Shown here in pieces: positions 18,779 through 29,047 of a stretch of 64,000 nt of DNA. This DNA is from a virus (lineage: Duplodnaviria; Caudoviricetes), in IMG/VR virus record IMGVR_UViG_3300044611_001018; one strand, 5' to 3'. Each line of letters starts with the position of its first letter. Position 1 is the first letter of the stretch. The notes beneath the pieces were generated by a model. It was not told the origin of the DNA, made no database searches, and saw only the letters and a list, made by a program, of their open reading frames with translations. A program made the translations under genes and the position numbers.

Positions 18779-18815
18779 TATTTATATATTGACAAAGGGG
18801 GGCATAGTGCCCCCC
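18779..18815 (-). promoter_or_regulatory. Terminator-like hairpin and T4 late promoter before the Cys-rich triplet
   Basis: GGGGGGCAC-TAT-GCCCCCC hairpin at 18794-18815; TATAAATA at 18786-18779. Confidence 0.7.
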
Positions 18816-18822
18816 AGAAGCA

Positions 18823-21800
18823 TTAGACGGTGAAGATTCTCCATCCAAAAGTATTTCCAGAGAAGACTAATTCAAATGCAGCTCCTTCTGTAGAAACTGT
18901 CAGGTCTGCAGCATCACCTTGAATTAACTTACCGTTTCTTCCAACAGTAAGATTGTTTGTGTCAAATGTTTTAGCAACATCATAAACTCTAATCTTATCA
19001 CCAACTGCAGGTGATGCTGGGAGAGTAAGAGTAACAGCTCCTCCATTAGTATTTACAAAATACTGTCCCCAAGATACCGCAGTAAGATTACCAGTTACGT
19101 CAGTTGGAGTTACTTCACCTGTAGGAATCCAAGAAGTTCCATTATAATACTCCATAGTCTTCAGAGTACTATTGTATCTGAACTGTCCTTCGATTAGAGA
19201 TACAGGTCTCTCAGCAGTTGTTCCTTTAGGTGGAACCATTGCCTCAACACCCATCTTATCTCTAAGTAAGAATCCACGAACTGCAAATTCAGTTGGACAA
19301 GCGGTATTAGAGTTACCGCTCATAGTTTCGTCAGATGAGAATTCATTAATTGCTTCACCAATCTGACCACCCAGCGAACCCAGTCTCAGTTCTGTCAGAC
19401 CTGACAGGTTGAATGCGTTAGCATCCAGGGTTGCAGCACCAGTTAACTGGTTAACAGAGAAGAATTGACCAACACGGAAGTTACCACCTTGGTCAGTGGA
19501 GACGAAGAATACTCTACCAGGACCAAAGTTATTGGTCTCTCTACCCTGCTGTACGTTTGCTTCATTAACATTTGGATAGTTGGTCTCAGTCTTGTTACCA
19601 ACACCAATTGAGAGGAAGTCGTGACCAGTCAGACGAGCGTTAGAGAATCTTGTTCTAACTTCAGTAAATGATCCACCATCAGTACTAGTAGTACCAACTC
19701 CTGCACGAGTGTCAAATGTCTGAACAGTCTTCTCAGGTGAGAACGTTACAGTTACTCTACCCGAATACGTAACAGGTGGAAGACCAACAGATCCTCTGTG
19801 CTGTACATAAGAAGTTGTAAATCCAGTTACGTTATTAACAATATAGAATCTTGGTAGACCATTAACCAAATCACTACCTACTCCTACTTGAGTAGTAGTA
19901 AATCCAATAGCATCACCAACTATAGGAAGATTACTACCATCAGCAAGATCAAGTTCAACCAGAACACCCTTTTGTCCACCTACAGCATTTGCAGCAGTTG
20001 CAACTCTAATAGCACCAGTTGTTCCAGCACCAATGAAGCTAATCCACTCACCAGGAATAAAACTTGTAGTACCAATACCTGCACTTGGTGAACCATATCC
20101 AGGATAATACTTAAAGTAAATTGCATCAGCAGAGATTTGATCGTTAATAAAGGTTGCGTATGCACCCGAAGTTTCACCTCTCATGGTCATACCAACACCA
20201 ACAGTACCACTGACTGTACCAACAACAGTAGAAAGTTTGTCACCAAATACTCTTAATGTTCTTGCAGTCTCAGCAGTAGAGAATCCAGAAGCAATAACAC
20301 CATAATCACCATAAGAGTTGTTACCACCAACGGAACGAATTCTTGAACCGCCACCAGCATAATAACCCCAACGGCAATAGTAGGTGAAGGAAGAAACGAT
20401 TTCAGAACCCGCATCATTATCAAGAATAAATCCAGCACCATCACTAAGAACGTTAGTGAAGGCATCAAATACCATTGTCTTAAATCCTGATGCATGGACA
20501 TTGCCATCAATGAATACACCAACACCAGCACCACCTGAACCACCATCAGTTGGAGGATTACCGAATGCAGTACAATCCTTAACGTAAGGAGACTTATTCA
20601 GAATTGGTGAGTTGGGGTTGAATGCAAAATAAACACCACAAGCAGTTGAACCAATACCAGTTCTTACGGTTGTTGCGGCCAACTCGTATGGTCTATTTGG
20701 GTCATAATCAAATCCAACTAAACCATCAACGTTTAGACCCTGAACGGTTGTAGCATCAGACAACCTAAACATTGTCTGACGATTATTTGGAGTAAGACCA
20801 TCAGTAGATAATCCAGAAGCAGGACGAATCTTAGAAGATCTAAGGGTAGAACCTACAAGTGAAGTGAATGGTGGAACTGTAATTGGAAGTTGCTCCACAA
20901 ATTCAGATGCTGAAAGCTTAACAACAGCAGGTGAGAGGTTAATTACTTGACCACCACTTACATAATCATGATCAATTGTTGAAATACCAGCGTTAACTGT
21001 GAATGTATTATTGTTAACAACATCGATGACATTATAATATGAGGTAAGAACACTTCTTGGGAATACCGTTGTATCAACACCAACAAAACATGTACCACCA
21101 GATACATAAATGTGATTAATTGTTGATACACCAACGTTCATTGAGAATGAAGTTGGACTGATAACATTAGTAACTACATAGTCATATCCAAGTGCTCTTG
21201 TTCCATCAGGGAAGATTGTAGTAGTAATACCAGAACCACCAGTACAAGTAAATTCAAGATTTCTCAGTCTAATCTTTGTTCCATTCGTAATTCCAGTTGC
21301 ACCAGCACCAATTGTTACTGTACCAACACCAGAAGATGCATCATACTGGAATCCAGTAACGTTATAAGATCTACCACCACTCAAACACTCAAACTGAATA
21401 TCTGCAAGTCTAACAGTAATATTTGGATAGAGAATACCGTGAGATGGTGCAGTAATAGTTGTGAGTCCTGTAATATGATCATAAACAACATTTGTAATAT
21501 TGGTAATAGCACTTGCATTATCACATGCATACTTCAGAGTTCTAAATGACATATCTGGAGTACTGCCATTATAAGTATCAGAACCAAGTTCTGGGTCAAC
21601 ATAGTAAATACGAGTAGAATCGCCAATGGTCATCCAGGTTGGAACTCTATCTGTACCAACACCTAAAGATTGGAAGGTCATACCAATTCCAAGTCTTGCA
21701 GGAGCAGATGCATCTCTAATGAGAACATCACCCTTAGTTGTTAGAAGGGCGTTAGAATCTCCGATTGATAATGCACCCCAAATGGCAGCGTTAGTTCCTG

Positions 21801-22641
21801 GAGTAATATTTCTATATGAAGTGGATCCAATACCAACGTAGGAAGATGATGCATATTCAACAACATCATTTTTGTAATACTCAGTTGCAGTTGAATATGT
21901 ACCAGCGTATCTTAATCCACTATTAAATAGAACCCAAGCAGTTTGTGCAATTCCAACAACTGTAGATCCAATACCAGTCGTTAGACCTTTAGTTGGATGT
22001 ACATTAAATGTAGATGTTGCTGATAATCTATAAGTATCTCCACCAACAGTTACTAATTCTCCTTGATAATATGTTCTTGCAGCCTCATAAGTTGTCAAAC
22101 CAACTGCATTAATACCTTCAGATAATAGTTCCCACTCAGTTAATAGTTTTAGAGATGGTTGTTGTCCTTGAGTGGTAGTTGTAATTGCAACATATGAATT
22201 TCCAGAAAATATAACAACATCACCAGTTTCATATGAAGTTCCAGCATCCCAACTACCTTCTCCAGTAAATCCTGAGACATAAGATACAACGTTTGGATTT
22301 GCTGGACCAGTAGTTCCAATTCCAGCAAACACCAACCCCGCAGTTGTTCCAATACCAGCAGTTACACGGTATTGTGTGTTACCAAAAAGAACAACGTCGT
22401 TCTTTTTATAGAACGTTCCGCCACTATATAAACCTACATTTCTGATTCCCTCAACATGTAAGGACCAGTATGATTCGTCAGTAGCATACCAATTAACTTC
22501 ACTTGCCGTTGAAGTATGATTGGTAGTACAGACGTAGGTATTAGCACCAAATTTTACGATATCATCAATGACGTAAGCGGTGCTAGGAGCCCAATTGCTT
22601 CTCCAATTGAATTTTAGTCTTCCTAATCTAAAATCAGCCAT
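18823..22641 (-). CDS. Large tail fibre-like structural protein
   Basis: 1272 aa; N-terminal W..(G).Y...D.V repeats resembling carbohydrate-binding modules; many GIGT/GVGT motifs; C-terminal T4-fibre-like domain. Confidence 0.75.
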   Translation of the reverse strand: MADFRLGRLKFNWRSNWAPSTAYVIDDIVKFGANTYVCTTNHTSTASEVNWYATDESYWSLHVEGIRNVGLYSGGTFYKKNDVVLFGNTQYRVTAGIGTTAGLVFAGIGTTGPANPNVVSYVSGFTGEGSWDAGTSYETGDVVIFSGNSYVAITTTTQGQQPSLKLLTEWELLSEGINAVGLTTYEAARTYYQGELVTVGGDTYRLSATSTFNVHPTKGLTTGIGSTVVGIAQTAWVLFNSGLRYAGTYSTATEYYKNDVVEYASSSYVGIGSTSYRNITPGTNAAIWGALSIGDSNALLTTKGDVLIRDASAPARLGIGMTFQSLGVGTDRVPTWMTIGDSTRIYYVDPELGSDTYNGSTPDMSFRTLKYACDNASAITNITNVVYDHITGLTTITAPSHGILYPNITVRLADIQFECLSGGRSYNVTGFQYDASSGVGTVTIGAGATGITNGTKIRLRNLEFTCTGGSGITTTIFPDGTRALGYDYVVTNVISPTSFSMNVGVSTINHIYVSGGTCFVGVDTTVFPRSVLTSYYNVIDVVNNNTFTVNAGISTIDHDYVSGGQVINLSPAVVKLSASEFVEQLPITVPPFTSLVGSTLRSSKIRPASGLSTDGLTPNNRQTMFRLSDATTVQGLNVDGLVGFDYDPNRPYELAATTVRTGIGSTACGVYFAFNPNSPILNKSPYVKDCTAFGNPPTDGGSGGAGVGVFIDGNVHASGFKTMVFDAFTNVLSDGAGFILDNDAGSEIVSSFTYYCRWGYYAGGGSRIRSVGGNNSYGDYGVIASGFSTAETARTLRVFGDKLSTVVGTVSGTVGVGMTMRGETSGAYATFINDQISADAIYFKYYPGYGSPSAGIGTTSFIPGEWISFIGAGTTGAIRVATAANAVGGQKGVLVELDLADGSNLPIVGDAIGFTTTQVGVGSDLVNGLPRFYIVNNVTGFTTSYVQHRGSVGLPPVTYSGRVTVTFSPEKTVQTFDTRAGVGTTSTDGGSFTEVRTRFSNARLTGHDFLSIGVGNKTETNYPNVNEANVQQGRETNNFGPGRVFFVSTDQGGNFRVGQFFSVNQLTGAATLDANAFNLSGLTELRLGSLGGQIGEAINEFSSDETMSGNSNTACPTEFAVRGFLLRDKMGVEAMVPPKGTTAERPVSLIEGQFRYNSTLKTMEYYNGTSWIPTGEVTPTDVTGNLTAVSWGQYFVNTNGGAVTLTLPASPAVGDKIRVYDVAKTFDTNNLTVGRNGKLIQGDAADLTVSTEGAAFELVFSGNTFGWRIFTV

Positions 22642-22659
22642 CGTTTTTAAATTCCTTTT

Positions 22660-23046
22660 TTACTTAGGTCCTTGAGTTGCATGATCATAACTGCCATTAA
22701 TTCTGGCAACTAAATATCCATCATCATCAATAAAATAGTTTAGATTTCTAAAATCAAACCTATACTGTTGGTATTTATCATGCGGATGATTCTTATAAGA
22801 TTTCTCTTCTGTAGTTTCATCAACATAATCAACACCATCTAGGAACCCTGGATATTGAGTTCCATCTGTTCTATGAAAATCTCCAATTTCTGTGCTTCCC
22901 GCACCAACCTTAGTATAACGTAACATACCGTCCTCATCTCTACGAAGAGCATGGACAATAAAATCATTTGATTGTGCCACCGATTTGGTGGAATTATCCA
23001 TTCTGCTTAGATTCATGTGAACAGTCTCCAGTAAGTTCCTTCCCAA
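22660..23046 (-). CDS. Hypothetical protein in the structural module
   Basis: 128-aa ORF; start uncertain. Confidence 0.65.
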   Translation of the reverse strand: MGRNLLETVHMNLSRMDNSTKSVAQSNDFIVHALRRDEDGMLRYTKVGAGSTEIGDFHRTDGTQYPGFLDGVDYVDETTEEKSYKNHPHDKYQQYRFDFRNLNYFIDDDGYLVARINGSYDHATQGPK

Positions 23047-23471
23047 ATTAACTCAACATACGCACCAGCCAAATCACAGTTTAAAAATGTATCAATGAAC
23101 CCAGTGCCGTCCTTAATTAAGTCACTGCCTTGAGCATTTACTGTAAGATTATTTAGATTCCAAGTGTATTTGGAGTCTGCTATATGAATAGTATCTCCAA
23201 CAAATCGGAGAGTGGGTAAGTATACCGAAAAAGGACCGCTTGATGTATCAGAAAAATATTTAATATTTGTTCTTAATGTATCTCCATTATTACTAGAATT
23301 AAGAGTTGTTAATCTAGATTTTTGGATTTCAGTGCCAGATAACGTAAGTCCATCATGAACTCTAATTGTACCTTTATCAGTATCGAATGTGACTTCAGCT
23401 AATGCACCAGTAAATGACGAATGTTCAAGCTCTGTCCCTTTACGTAATTGTACCCGTTTGGTATTAGACAT
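23013..23471 (-). CDS. Mtd_N-like domain fused to a fibre-type domain
   Basis: VQLRKGT...FTGALAEVTFDTD..TIRVHDG; C-terminal half resembles the end of 18823-22641; ATAAATA at 23501-23507. Confidence 0.7.
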   Translation of the reverse strand: MSNTKRVQLRKGTELEHSSFTGALAEVTFDTDKGTIRVHDGLTLSGTEIQKSRLTTLNSSNNGDTLRTNIKYFSDTSSGPFSVYLPTLRFVGDTIHIADSKYTWNLNNLTVNAQGSDLIKDGTGFIDTFLNCDLAGAYVELIWEGTYWRLFT

Positions 23472-23511
23472 TAAAGAGATGTTAATAATGCACTTATCTT
23501 TATTTATCAGT

Positions 23512-26500
23512 TTAAATAACTACGATTCTAGTAGGTTGTGGTCTTTCAAATTCAACGTATCTTGACTTAGTATTTGCTGGCAGAATATCAATGAGACCTT
23601 CAGCAATATGAGGTGCAGGAGTAAAGGATTCTGCCTTAGTTCCACTAAACTTAACAACTGGTCCTTGTGGGAATGTTCTGAGGCGGAAGACAGTAATACC
23701 TCTGGAAATATCTCCTGGAATTCCTGGGTTGCTGAGACCAACTCTGATTTGTCCAACACCAACATTGGAACCAATAAATCTGACAATTGGGGTTCCAGTA
23801 ACCGTGAAGAGAGTATACTTGACTTCTGTATTTGATTTGCTTTCGGATGCACCAACAAATCCAAAGATACTGCCAGATCCAGTTTGTGGAACAGTGATAG
23901 AATCTTTGCCTGTTCCGCGAACAGTAAATAGGTTCTGAAGATTTGGTGGAATAACAACTCTGGATTCTGTTGTGCTTGAGAATCCAAAGAGTCCACCAGA
24001 ACCAAGATGTGCGAATGTAGATCTCTCGACCAGAGACCCATTGATATCCAGACCAGGAGTTCCAGATCCAACTTCCGAATTTGTTTCTCTTTCTTGTAAT
24101 TTACCAGTAATTTTGAAGAGAAGTGTTTCGTCTGGTGGATTAACAACTCTAGATTCTGTTGTGCTAGAGAATCCAAAGAGAGATCCTGTTCCAACATGAG
24201 GAGCAGGGGATACTCTTTCAGAAAGTTTTCCAGAGAATTTAAATAGAGTTGTGAATGTCTCAGATACAACTTTTGTCTCGGTAAAGGAGACATATGTAAA
24301 TAGTGATCCTCTTCCAACTTCACTATTAACATCCTTCTCTTTAGCATTACCAGTGAATGTGAATAGAGTTGTTTTATCTGGTGGATTAACAACTCTAGAT
24401 TCTGTTGCACTAGAGAATCCAAAGAGAGATCCACTACCAGTATAATTACCTTTGGTAAGAGACTCTGTTGCATTACCATGAATTTCAACTGGTTGTAATC
24501 CAACAGGATTTCCACTAAGACTAAATCTAACAAGATTCCCATTATCACCATAGAATCTTGCCTGTACAAACTTCTCTTCAGAGAATGTAAGCAATGGAGT
24601 GTCAACTCCACCAACGACATTAAATAGAGTGAAGTTGTCTGGTGGATTTGAACCAACTGCCTCTGCTGCACCAACATAACCAAATAGTGATCCAGACCCA
24701 GCAGGAATCCATGGAGTAAATGATTCTGGTGAAATTCTGACACCAGAAGACCGAATGAATATTTCTCCAGATCCCAAATGTTTTGGAAGAACATATACTG
24801 AAGCATTGCCAAGAATTCTAAGTTGAGATTCATTGGTTGTTTGCCAAGCAAATCTTGCTTTAATATTAGTAGCAGAACCAGAGAAATTAAATAGAACCTT
24901 TTTACTGGATTCAGATACTGCCTTTGTTTCGGTAAAGGAGACGTAACTGAAGAGTGAACCAGATCCAATTTCAGTAGTTGGAGTTGTGGATTCAAATCCT
25001 CTACCAGAAATATTAATCGTACCTTCAGCAATAAAGATACGGGTACGTGATGGGTCAGTCTCGGAGAACTTAAAGAGAGAACCAGAACCATTCCAAGCAG
25101 CAGTAAACTTAAGATCAGATACTTGTTCGTTAATTCCACTAAGAACAAGTCCACCACTAATATTAAATAGAGGATCTACTTTACCTGGAGTAAATGCAGT
25201 TGTCTCGGTAAAGGAGACATAACTGAAGAGTGAACCAGTTCCAATCTCAGTTGCAGGAGTTGTAGACTCTGCTGCATTTCCAGCAAACCTGAATATACCA
25301 ACTGATTCTGATTCAACACCAATAGATTCTGCTGCTCCAGTGAATCCAAATATACGTCCACTACCAACATACACATTGGTACGAGATTCATCAACACCAT
25401 TATGGAACTTAAATTTACCTTGAGGTTCAAGGCAATCATCTGGGTAGAGATTACCATAATCTTCATGGTTGTATTGATAGTATTCACCAATTGCACCATA
25501 ATCTATTAAATCATAAGATATATCAGAAATGAATCCATAATCATCACCATCACATGCACCAAATCCAGAGTCTTCATTATAAGAGAAAGTAATTGATTCT
25601 CCAGCACCATCAAATCCAAATAGTGTGCCACTTCCAACTTCAACAAATGTAGATTTCTCTTCTAACTTACCTGTAATATTAAAGAGTTCGCCAAATCCAT
25701 CTCTAACAAGTCTTGTCTCAGTTGTGCTTGAATAACCAAAGAGAGTTCCAGATGCATCATAGTTACCCTTACCAAATTTCTCAACAAGTTCACCTGCAAA
25801 GGAGAAGATACGTTGTTGAGAATAATCAATTGGTGGTTGAACAAGAGTTGTCTCTGTTGAAGCATCAAATCCAAATAGAGATCCTGTTCCAACTTCAGAA
25901 TTGGTTCTACTATCAGTTGTCGAGGATGTGATATTAATAAGATCACCTTTGGAGGTGAACTTAGGAAGAACATAAATCTTGGCACTACCACGAAGCAGAA
26001 GATGAGTTTCTTCAAGATTACCAATAAAGGTTCTGGATCTTGGGGTGCTAGTAAAGCTATAGAATCTTGCAAGACCAAATGGTGTTCTAGTCTCTCTAGG
26101 ATCAAGAATACCAAAATCTTCAACTTCCCATGGGAATTCTAAATCTTGATTACCAATGAATCCATAATCTTCAGATAGGGTTACAGTATCTGTAATGTAA
26201 CCATAGTCAATTCCTTCAACATTAACAATTGAAGATTCATTATAAGCATATGCCCTTCTATTAATTTCAACGTTGCGGAAGGTGAATACTCTATCAACTT
26301 GATTAAAGATGACGGTGTAAACTGCACCACCTCTAACCAAAATATCATTTTCACTAACTCCAACTTCACTACGACCAGCTTTAAATGTTGTGGTACTATT
26401 AATACTAAAGAGTTTGGCAGTTGCAGATTCACTAACAATTGAAGTTTCTGTAGCACTACTTAATCCAAATAGAGATCCTCCACGGAATCTTGGTGGATAG

Positions 26501-27477
26501 AAGTCCCATCCACCATCCGCCTTATAGTGCATCCTGATTTGGACACGAGGCGTACCTTCAAGACTAATTTTACCAACACCATTAATTTTTGGTGTTGAAT
26601 AATCTTTTGCAGTTCCGAGCAGTCTTGGTTGTTTGTTACCAACCGATCCTTCATAATTTGCGAATATAAATTTCTCTTCTGCACTACCAGCAAATCTAGA
26701 TCTACCATAGACTTTGGTGGTAGTATTCTCTGTAATAAGGCCCCAATCCTCAATATTGGAGTAATCCCATACAGGAATATCCTGAAGATCTGTAATTAAA
26801 CCATAATCTTCACTTCTAAGAACTGGCTCTGTAAGGAATCCCCAATCATCAGAACCAAAGTCTATATCATCACTTTGATCGTATTGGTAAGTTCTCTTCT
26901 CCTCTGCCTCACCAATAAAGTTAAATACTCTATCTTGTGGATTAAATATAACTTGCTCTACACCTTCTCCAGATATTTTTAAATGGAGGGTAGATGCTGG
27001 TGGTGTTGCGGATACAACATCTATTCCCTCCGATTCAACTGTAGATAGATTTCCTCTACCCAACCAGGAAGAGGAAATCTTATTATATGCTTCCCCCTGG
27101 AAGTCAAAGACCCTATTAATTGGACTGAAGAATACTGTTGTTATTGCTCTTCCATACAATGCAAATTCAACACCGCCAACACTTATCCTTGTGGTGCTAT
27201 CATTTGCTGCTAAGTGAATACCAAATTTACCCATTGGTACTCTTGCAGTATCCAATGTAATAGTTCCAAAGTCTTGAATTTGATAGTATTGTTCAATAGT
27301 AGCAGTAATTTCTCCGTAATCTTCTGCTTCTATTACAGCATCAACAATACTACCATAATCAAGTTCTTCATAATTAACAATAGAAAATTGGCTATACGAG
27401 TACACCGCCCTCTGGGAACTCAGTTTATTCCCTAAAGAGCGCAGGCTTCCTATTCCCTCGTATTGGAATAATGCCAT
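23512..27477 (-). CDS. Large repetitive structural protein
   Basis: 1321 aa; recurring G.GSLF..S..TE units and (E)D(Y/F/W)G blocks. Confidence 0.75.
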   Translation of the reverse strand: MALFQYEGIGSLRSLGNKLSSQRAVYSYSQFSIVNYEELDYGSIVDAVIEAEDYGEITATIEQYYQIQDFGTITLDTARVPMGKFGIHLAANDSTTRISVGGVEFALYGRAITTVFFSPINRVFDFQGEAYNKISSSWLGRGNLSTVESEGIDVVSATPPASTLHLKISGEGVEQVIFNPQDRVFNFIGEAEEKRTYQYDQSDDIDFGSDDWGFLTEPVLRSEDYGLITDLQDIPVWDYSNIEDWGLITENTTTKVYGRSRFAGSAEEKFIFANYEGSVGNKQPRLLGTAKDYSTPKINGVGKISLEGTPRVQIRMHYKADGGWDFYPPRFRGGSLFGLSSATETSIVSESATAKLFSINSTTTFKAGRSEVGVSENDILVRGGAVYTVIFNQVDRVFTFRNVEINRRAYAYNESSIVNVEGIDYGYITDTVTLSEDYGFIGNQDLEFPWEVEDFGILDPRETRTPFGLARFYSFTSTPRSRTFIGNLEETHLLLRGSAKIYVLPKFTSKGDLINITSSTTDSRTNSEVGTGSLFGFDASTETTLVQPPIDYSQQRIFSFAGELVEKFGKGNYDASGTLFGYSSTTETRLVRDGFGELFNITGKLEEKSTFVEVGSGTLFGFDGAGESITFSYNEDSGFGACDGDDYGFISDISYDLIDYGAIGEYYQYNHEDYGNLYPDDCLEPQGKFKFHNGVDESRTNVYVGSGRIFGFTGAAESIGVESESVGIFRFAGNAAESTTPATEIGTGSLFSYVSFTETTAFTPGKVDPLFNISGGLVLSGINEQVSDLKFTAAWNGSGSLFKFSETDPSRTRIFIAEGTINISGRGFESTTPTTEIGSGSLFSYVSFTETKAVSESSKKVLFNFSGSATNIKARFAWQTTNESQLRILGNASVYVLPKHLGSGEIFIRSSGVRISPESFTPWIPAGSGSLFGYVGAAEAVGSNPPDNFTLFNVVGGVDTPLLTFSEEKFVQARFYGDNGNLVRFSLSGNPVGLQPVEIHGNATESLTKGNYTGSGSLFGFSSATESRVVNPPDKTTLFTFTGNAKEKDVNSEVGRGSLFTYVSFTETKVVSETFTTLFKFSGKLSERVSPAPHVGTGSLFGFSSTTESRVVNPPDETLLFKITGKLQERETNSEVGSGTPGLDINGSLVERSTFAHLGSGGLFGFSSTTESRVVIPPNLQNLFTVRGTGKDSITVPQTGSGSIFGFVGASESKSNTEVKYTLFTVTGTPIVRFIGSNVGVGQIRVGLSNPGIPGDISRGITVFRLRTFPQGPVVKFSGTKAESFTPAPHIAEGLIDILPANTKSRYVEFERPQPTRIVVI
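23940..25260 (-). repeat. Imperfect intragenic tandem repeats
   Basis: ctctttggattctc..gc.caacagaatc.agagttgtta.tccacc near 23945, 24130 and 24375; ggtaaaggagac.ta...aa.agtga.cc near 24280, 24931 and 25208. Confidence 0.8.
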
Positions 27478-27593
27478 ACTCTTACTTTTATTTTATTTAT
27501 TGTGAAGACTGTATAACAATTCTTATCTCTTAAAAAAATAGGAGGGATCGCCAAAAGCAACCCCCCCATAATAAAGTATAGACCTTGAATAAA

Positions 27594-28979
27594 TCAGTCG
27601 AGGCTGACGTTCAGAGTAACTTTGATTTGGTCACCATTGTTCTGAATGTTGTAAGGACCATTTGTAAATCTCTCAGCAAAGAAGATGCTGCTGTAGAGAG
27701 TTGCACTTCCAATACCAGTCAGAGCAGGTACAGTGCTGAATGTGCTTGTGCTTGGTACTTGGTGAATGGTATAGGTTCCAGAAGTTGTGGTGGTGTTAGC
27801 AGCACCAGCAGCAATGTAAACAATATCACCTTCTACCAATCCATGGGTAGTTCCAGCAGTGCTAACTTGAGCATAGTTGAAGTATACTGTGTTACCAGTT
27901 GCAGACTGAATGTTGTTTAACAGAGTGCTGCTTAGATATACAATTCCAGTTCTCTCATCAATACCAGTAATAGTTGTACCTGCAGGGATAGCAGCAGTCT
28001 CACCAGCAAGGTTGCCGTGAGTAACACCCATACCTACACAGATATTTTCTGTGATTTCTTGGAAGAATGTAGCAACACCAGATACTGCACCAGTATTCTT
28101 TCTATCAAGAACGATTGTGGTGGTATTCATAATACCAACAACTCTTGCTCCATCAGCAATGTTAGTACCAATTACTCTTTGTCTGGTATTAATGCCGACA
28201 TTGCTAGATACAGTTAGAGTAAATTCCGAACCAACACCAGATACAGTTGGAGTGTAGCTAAATGGGAACAAAGTTACATAAGTCTGTCCAATAGTACCAC
28301 TAGTCTGAGACTTAGCAATAGTAGTTGCAGTACTAACATTAACTGCATGAAGAACACCATTCAGGGAGATTGGAAGATTGTTCGATCTTACCAAGTAGTA
28401 TCCGTAAATATTGTTAGCAGCAGAAGTGAATGTAAATGTCTGCTCAGGATATGATGCAGTGGTTGTACCAACACCAAATGTTAATGATTGGTTAGAGAAG
28501 GTAGAGGCGTTCTTAACAGTAAGAACAAGAGTGTTGCCATCAATAGCAGCAACAACTGCATTGGTTCCAACTCCACCACCACTTACATAATGACCAACCG
28601 CAATATTGGAAACAGATGCTACGGTAATTGTATATTCGTTAATATTACCACTTCCAGTTGTAGTGGCAATTGCAGATAGAATGGTTCTTACATTCCACTG
28701 ACTTCCATTTAAAAGAATTCCATACTGTCTGGTATAATCTTCGTCATTTCTTGCGTTGATAACTGGAGGATATCCAGTTGAAGGTGCAGTACCATATCCT
28801 ACCAGTCCAGTAGAATCATATGGTTCAAAATACTTGGTTTGTGATGGAACGTCAGTCTCAACTGGAACTGTATTTGAAGTGTACAGTTTAAGAATTAAGT
28901 TCCTTGGAATATTGCGATTTGAATTAACAAGGTATCTTAGCGACTGAAGTTCACCTGCGTCGGATACTAATAAAGCCAT
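27594..28979 (-). CDS. Structural protein (tail/baseplate-associated)
   Basis: 461 aa, Thr/Gly/Val-rich; late promoter TATAAATA at 29028-29021. Confidence 0.7.
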   Translation of the reverse strand: MALLVSDAGELQSLRYLVNSNRNIPRNLILKLYTSNTVPVETDVPSQTKYFEPYDSTGLVGYGTAPSTGYPPVINARNDEDYTRQYGILLNGSQWNVRTILSAIATTTGSGNINEYTITVASVSNIAVGHYVSGGGVGTNAVVAAIDGNTLVLTVKNASTFSNQSLTFGVGTTTASYPEQTFTFTSAANNIYGYYLVRSNNLPISLNGVLHAVNVSTATTIAKSQTSGTIGQTYVTLFPFSYTPTVSGVGSEFTLTVSSNVGINTRQRVIGTNIADGARVVGIMNTTTIVLDRKNTGAVSGVATFFQEITENICVGMGVTHGNLAGETAAIPAGTTITGIDERTGIVYLSSTLLNNIQSATGNTVYFNYAQVSTAGTTHGLVEGDIVYIAAGAANTTTTSGTYTIHQVPSTSTFSTVPALTGIGSATLYSSIFFAERFTNGPYNIQNNGDQIKVTLNVSLD

Positions 28980-29047
28980 GTGAGCGGACTCCGTTTAATT
29001 GACATTTGCTTCCTATCAGTTATTTATACAAAAGTATACTTTTTATT

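Noticed and set aside
23013-23471. Diversity-generating retroelement suggested by the Mtd_N-like domain
   Set aside because: No reverse transcriptase and no template/variable repeat pair with adenine-specific differences seen
23520-25157. 545-aa alternate-frame ORF within the 1321-aa gene
   Set aside because: Leu/Gln-rich shadow produced by codon bias and repeats of the main frame; no motifs
23940-25260. CRISPR-like array
   Set aside because: Repeats are imperfect, in frame and intragenic; no cas genes
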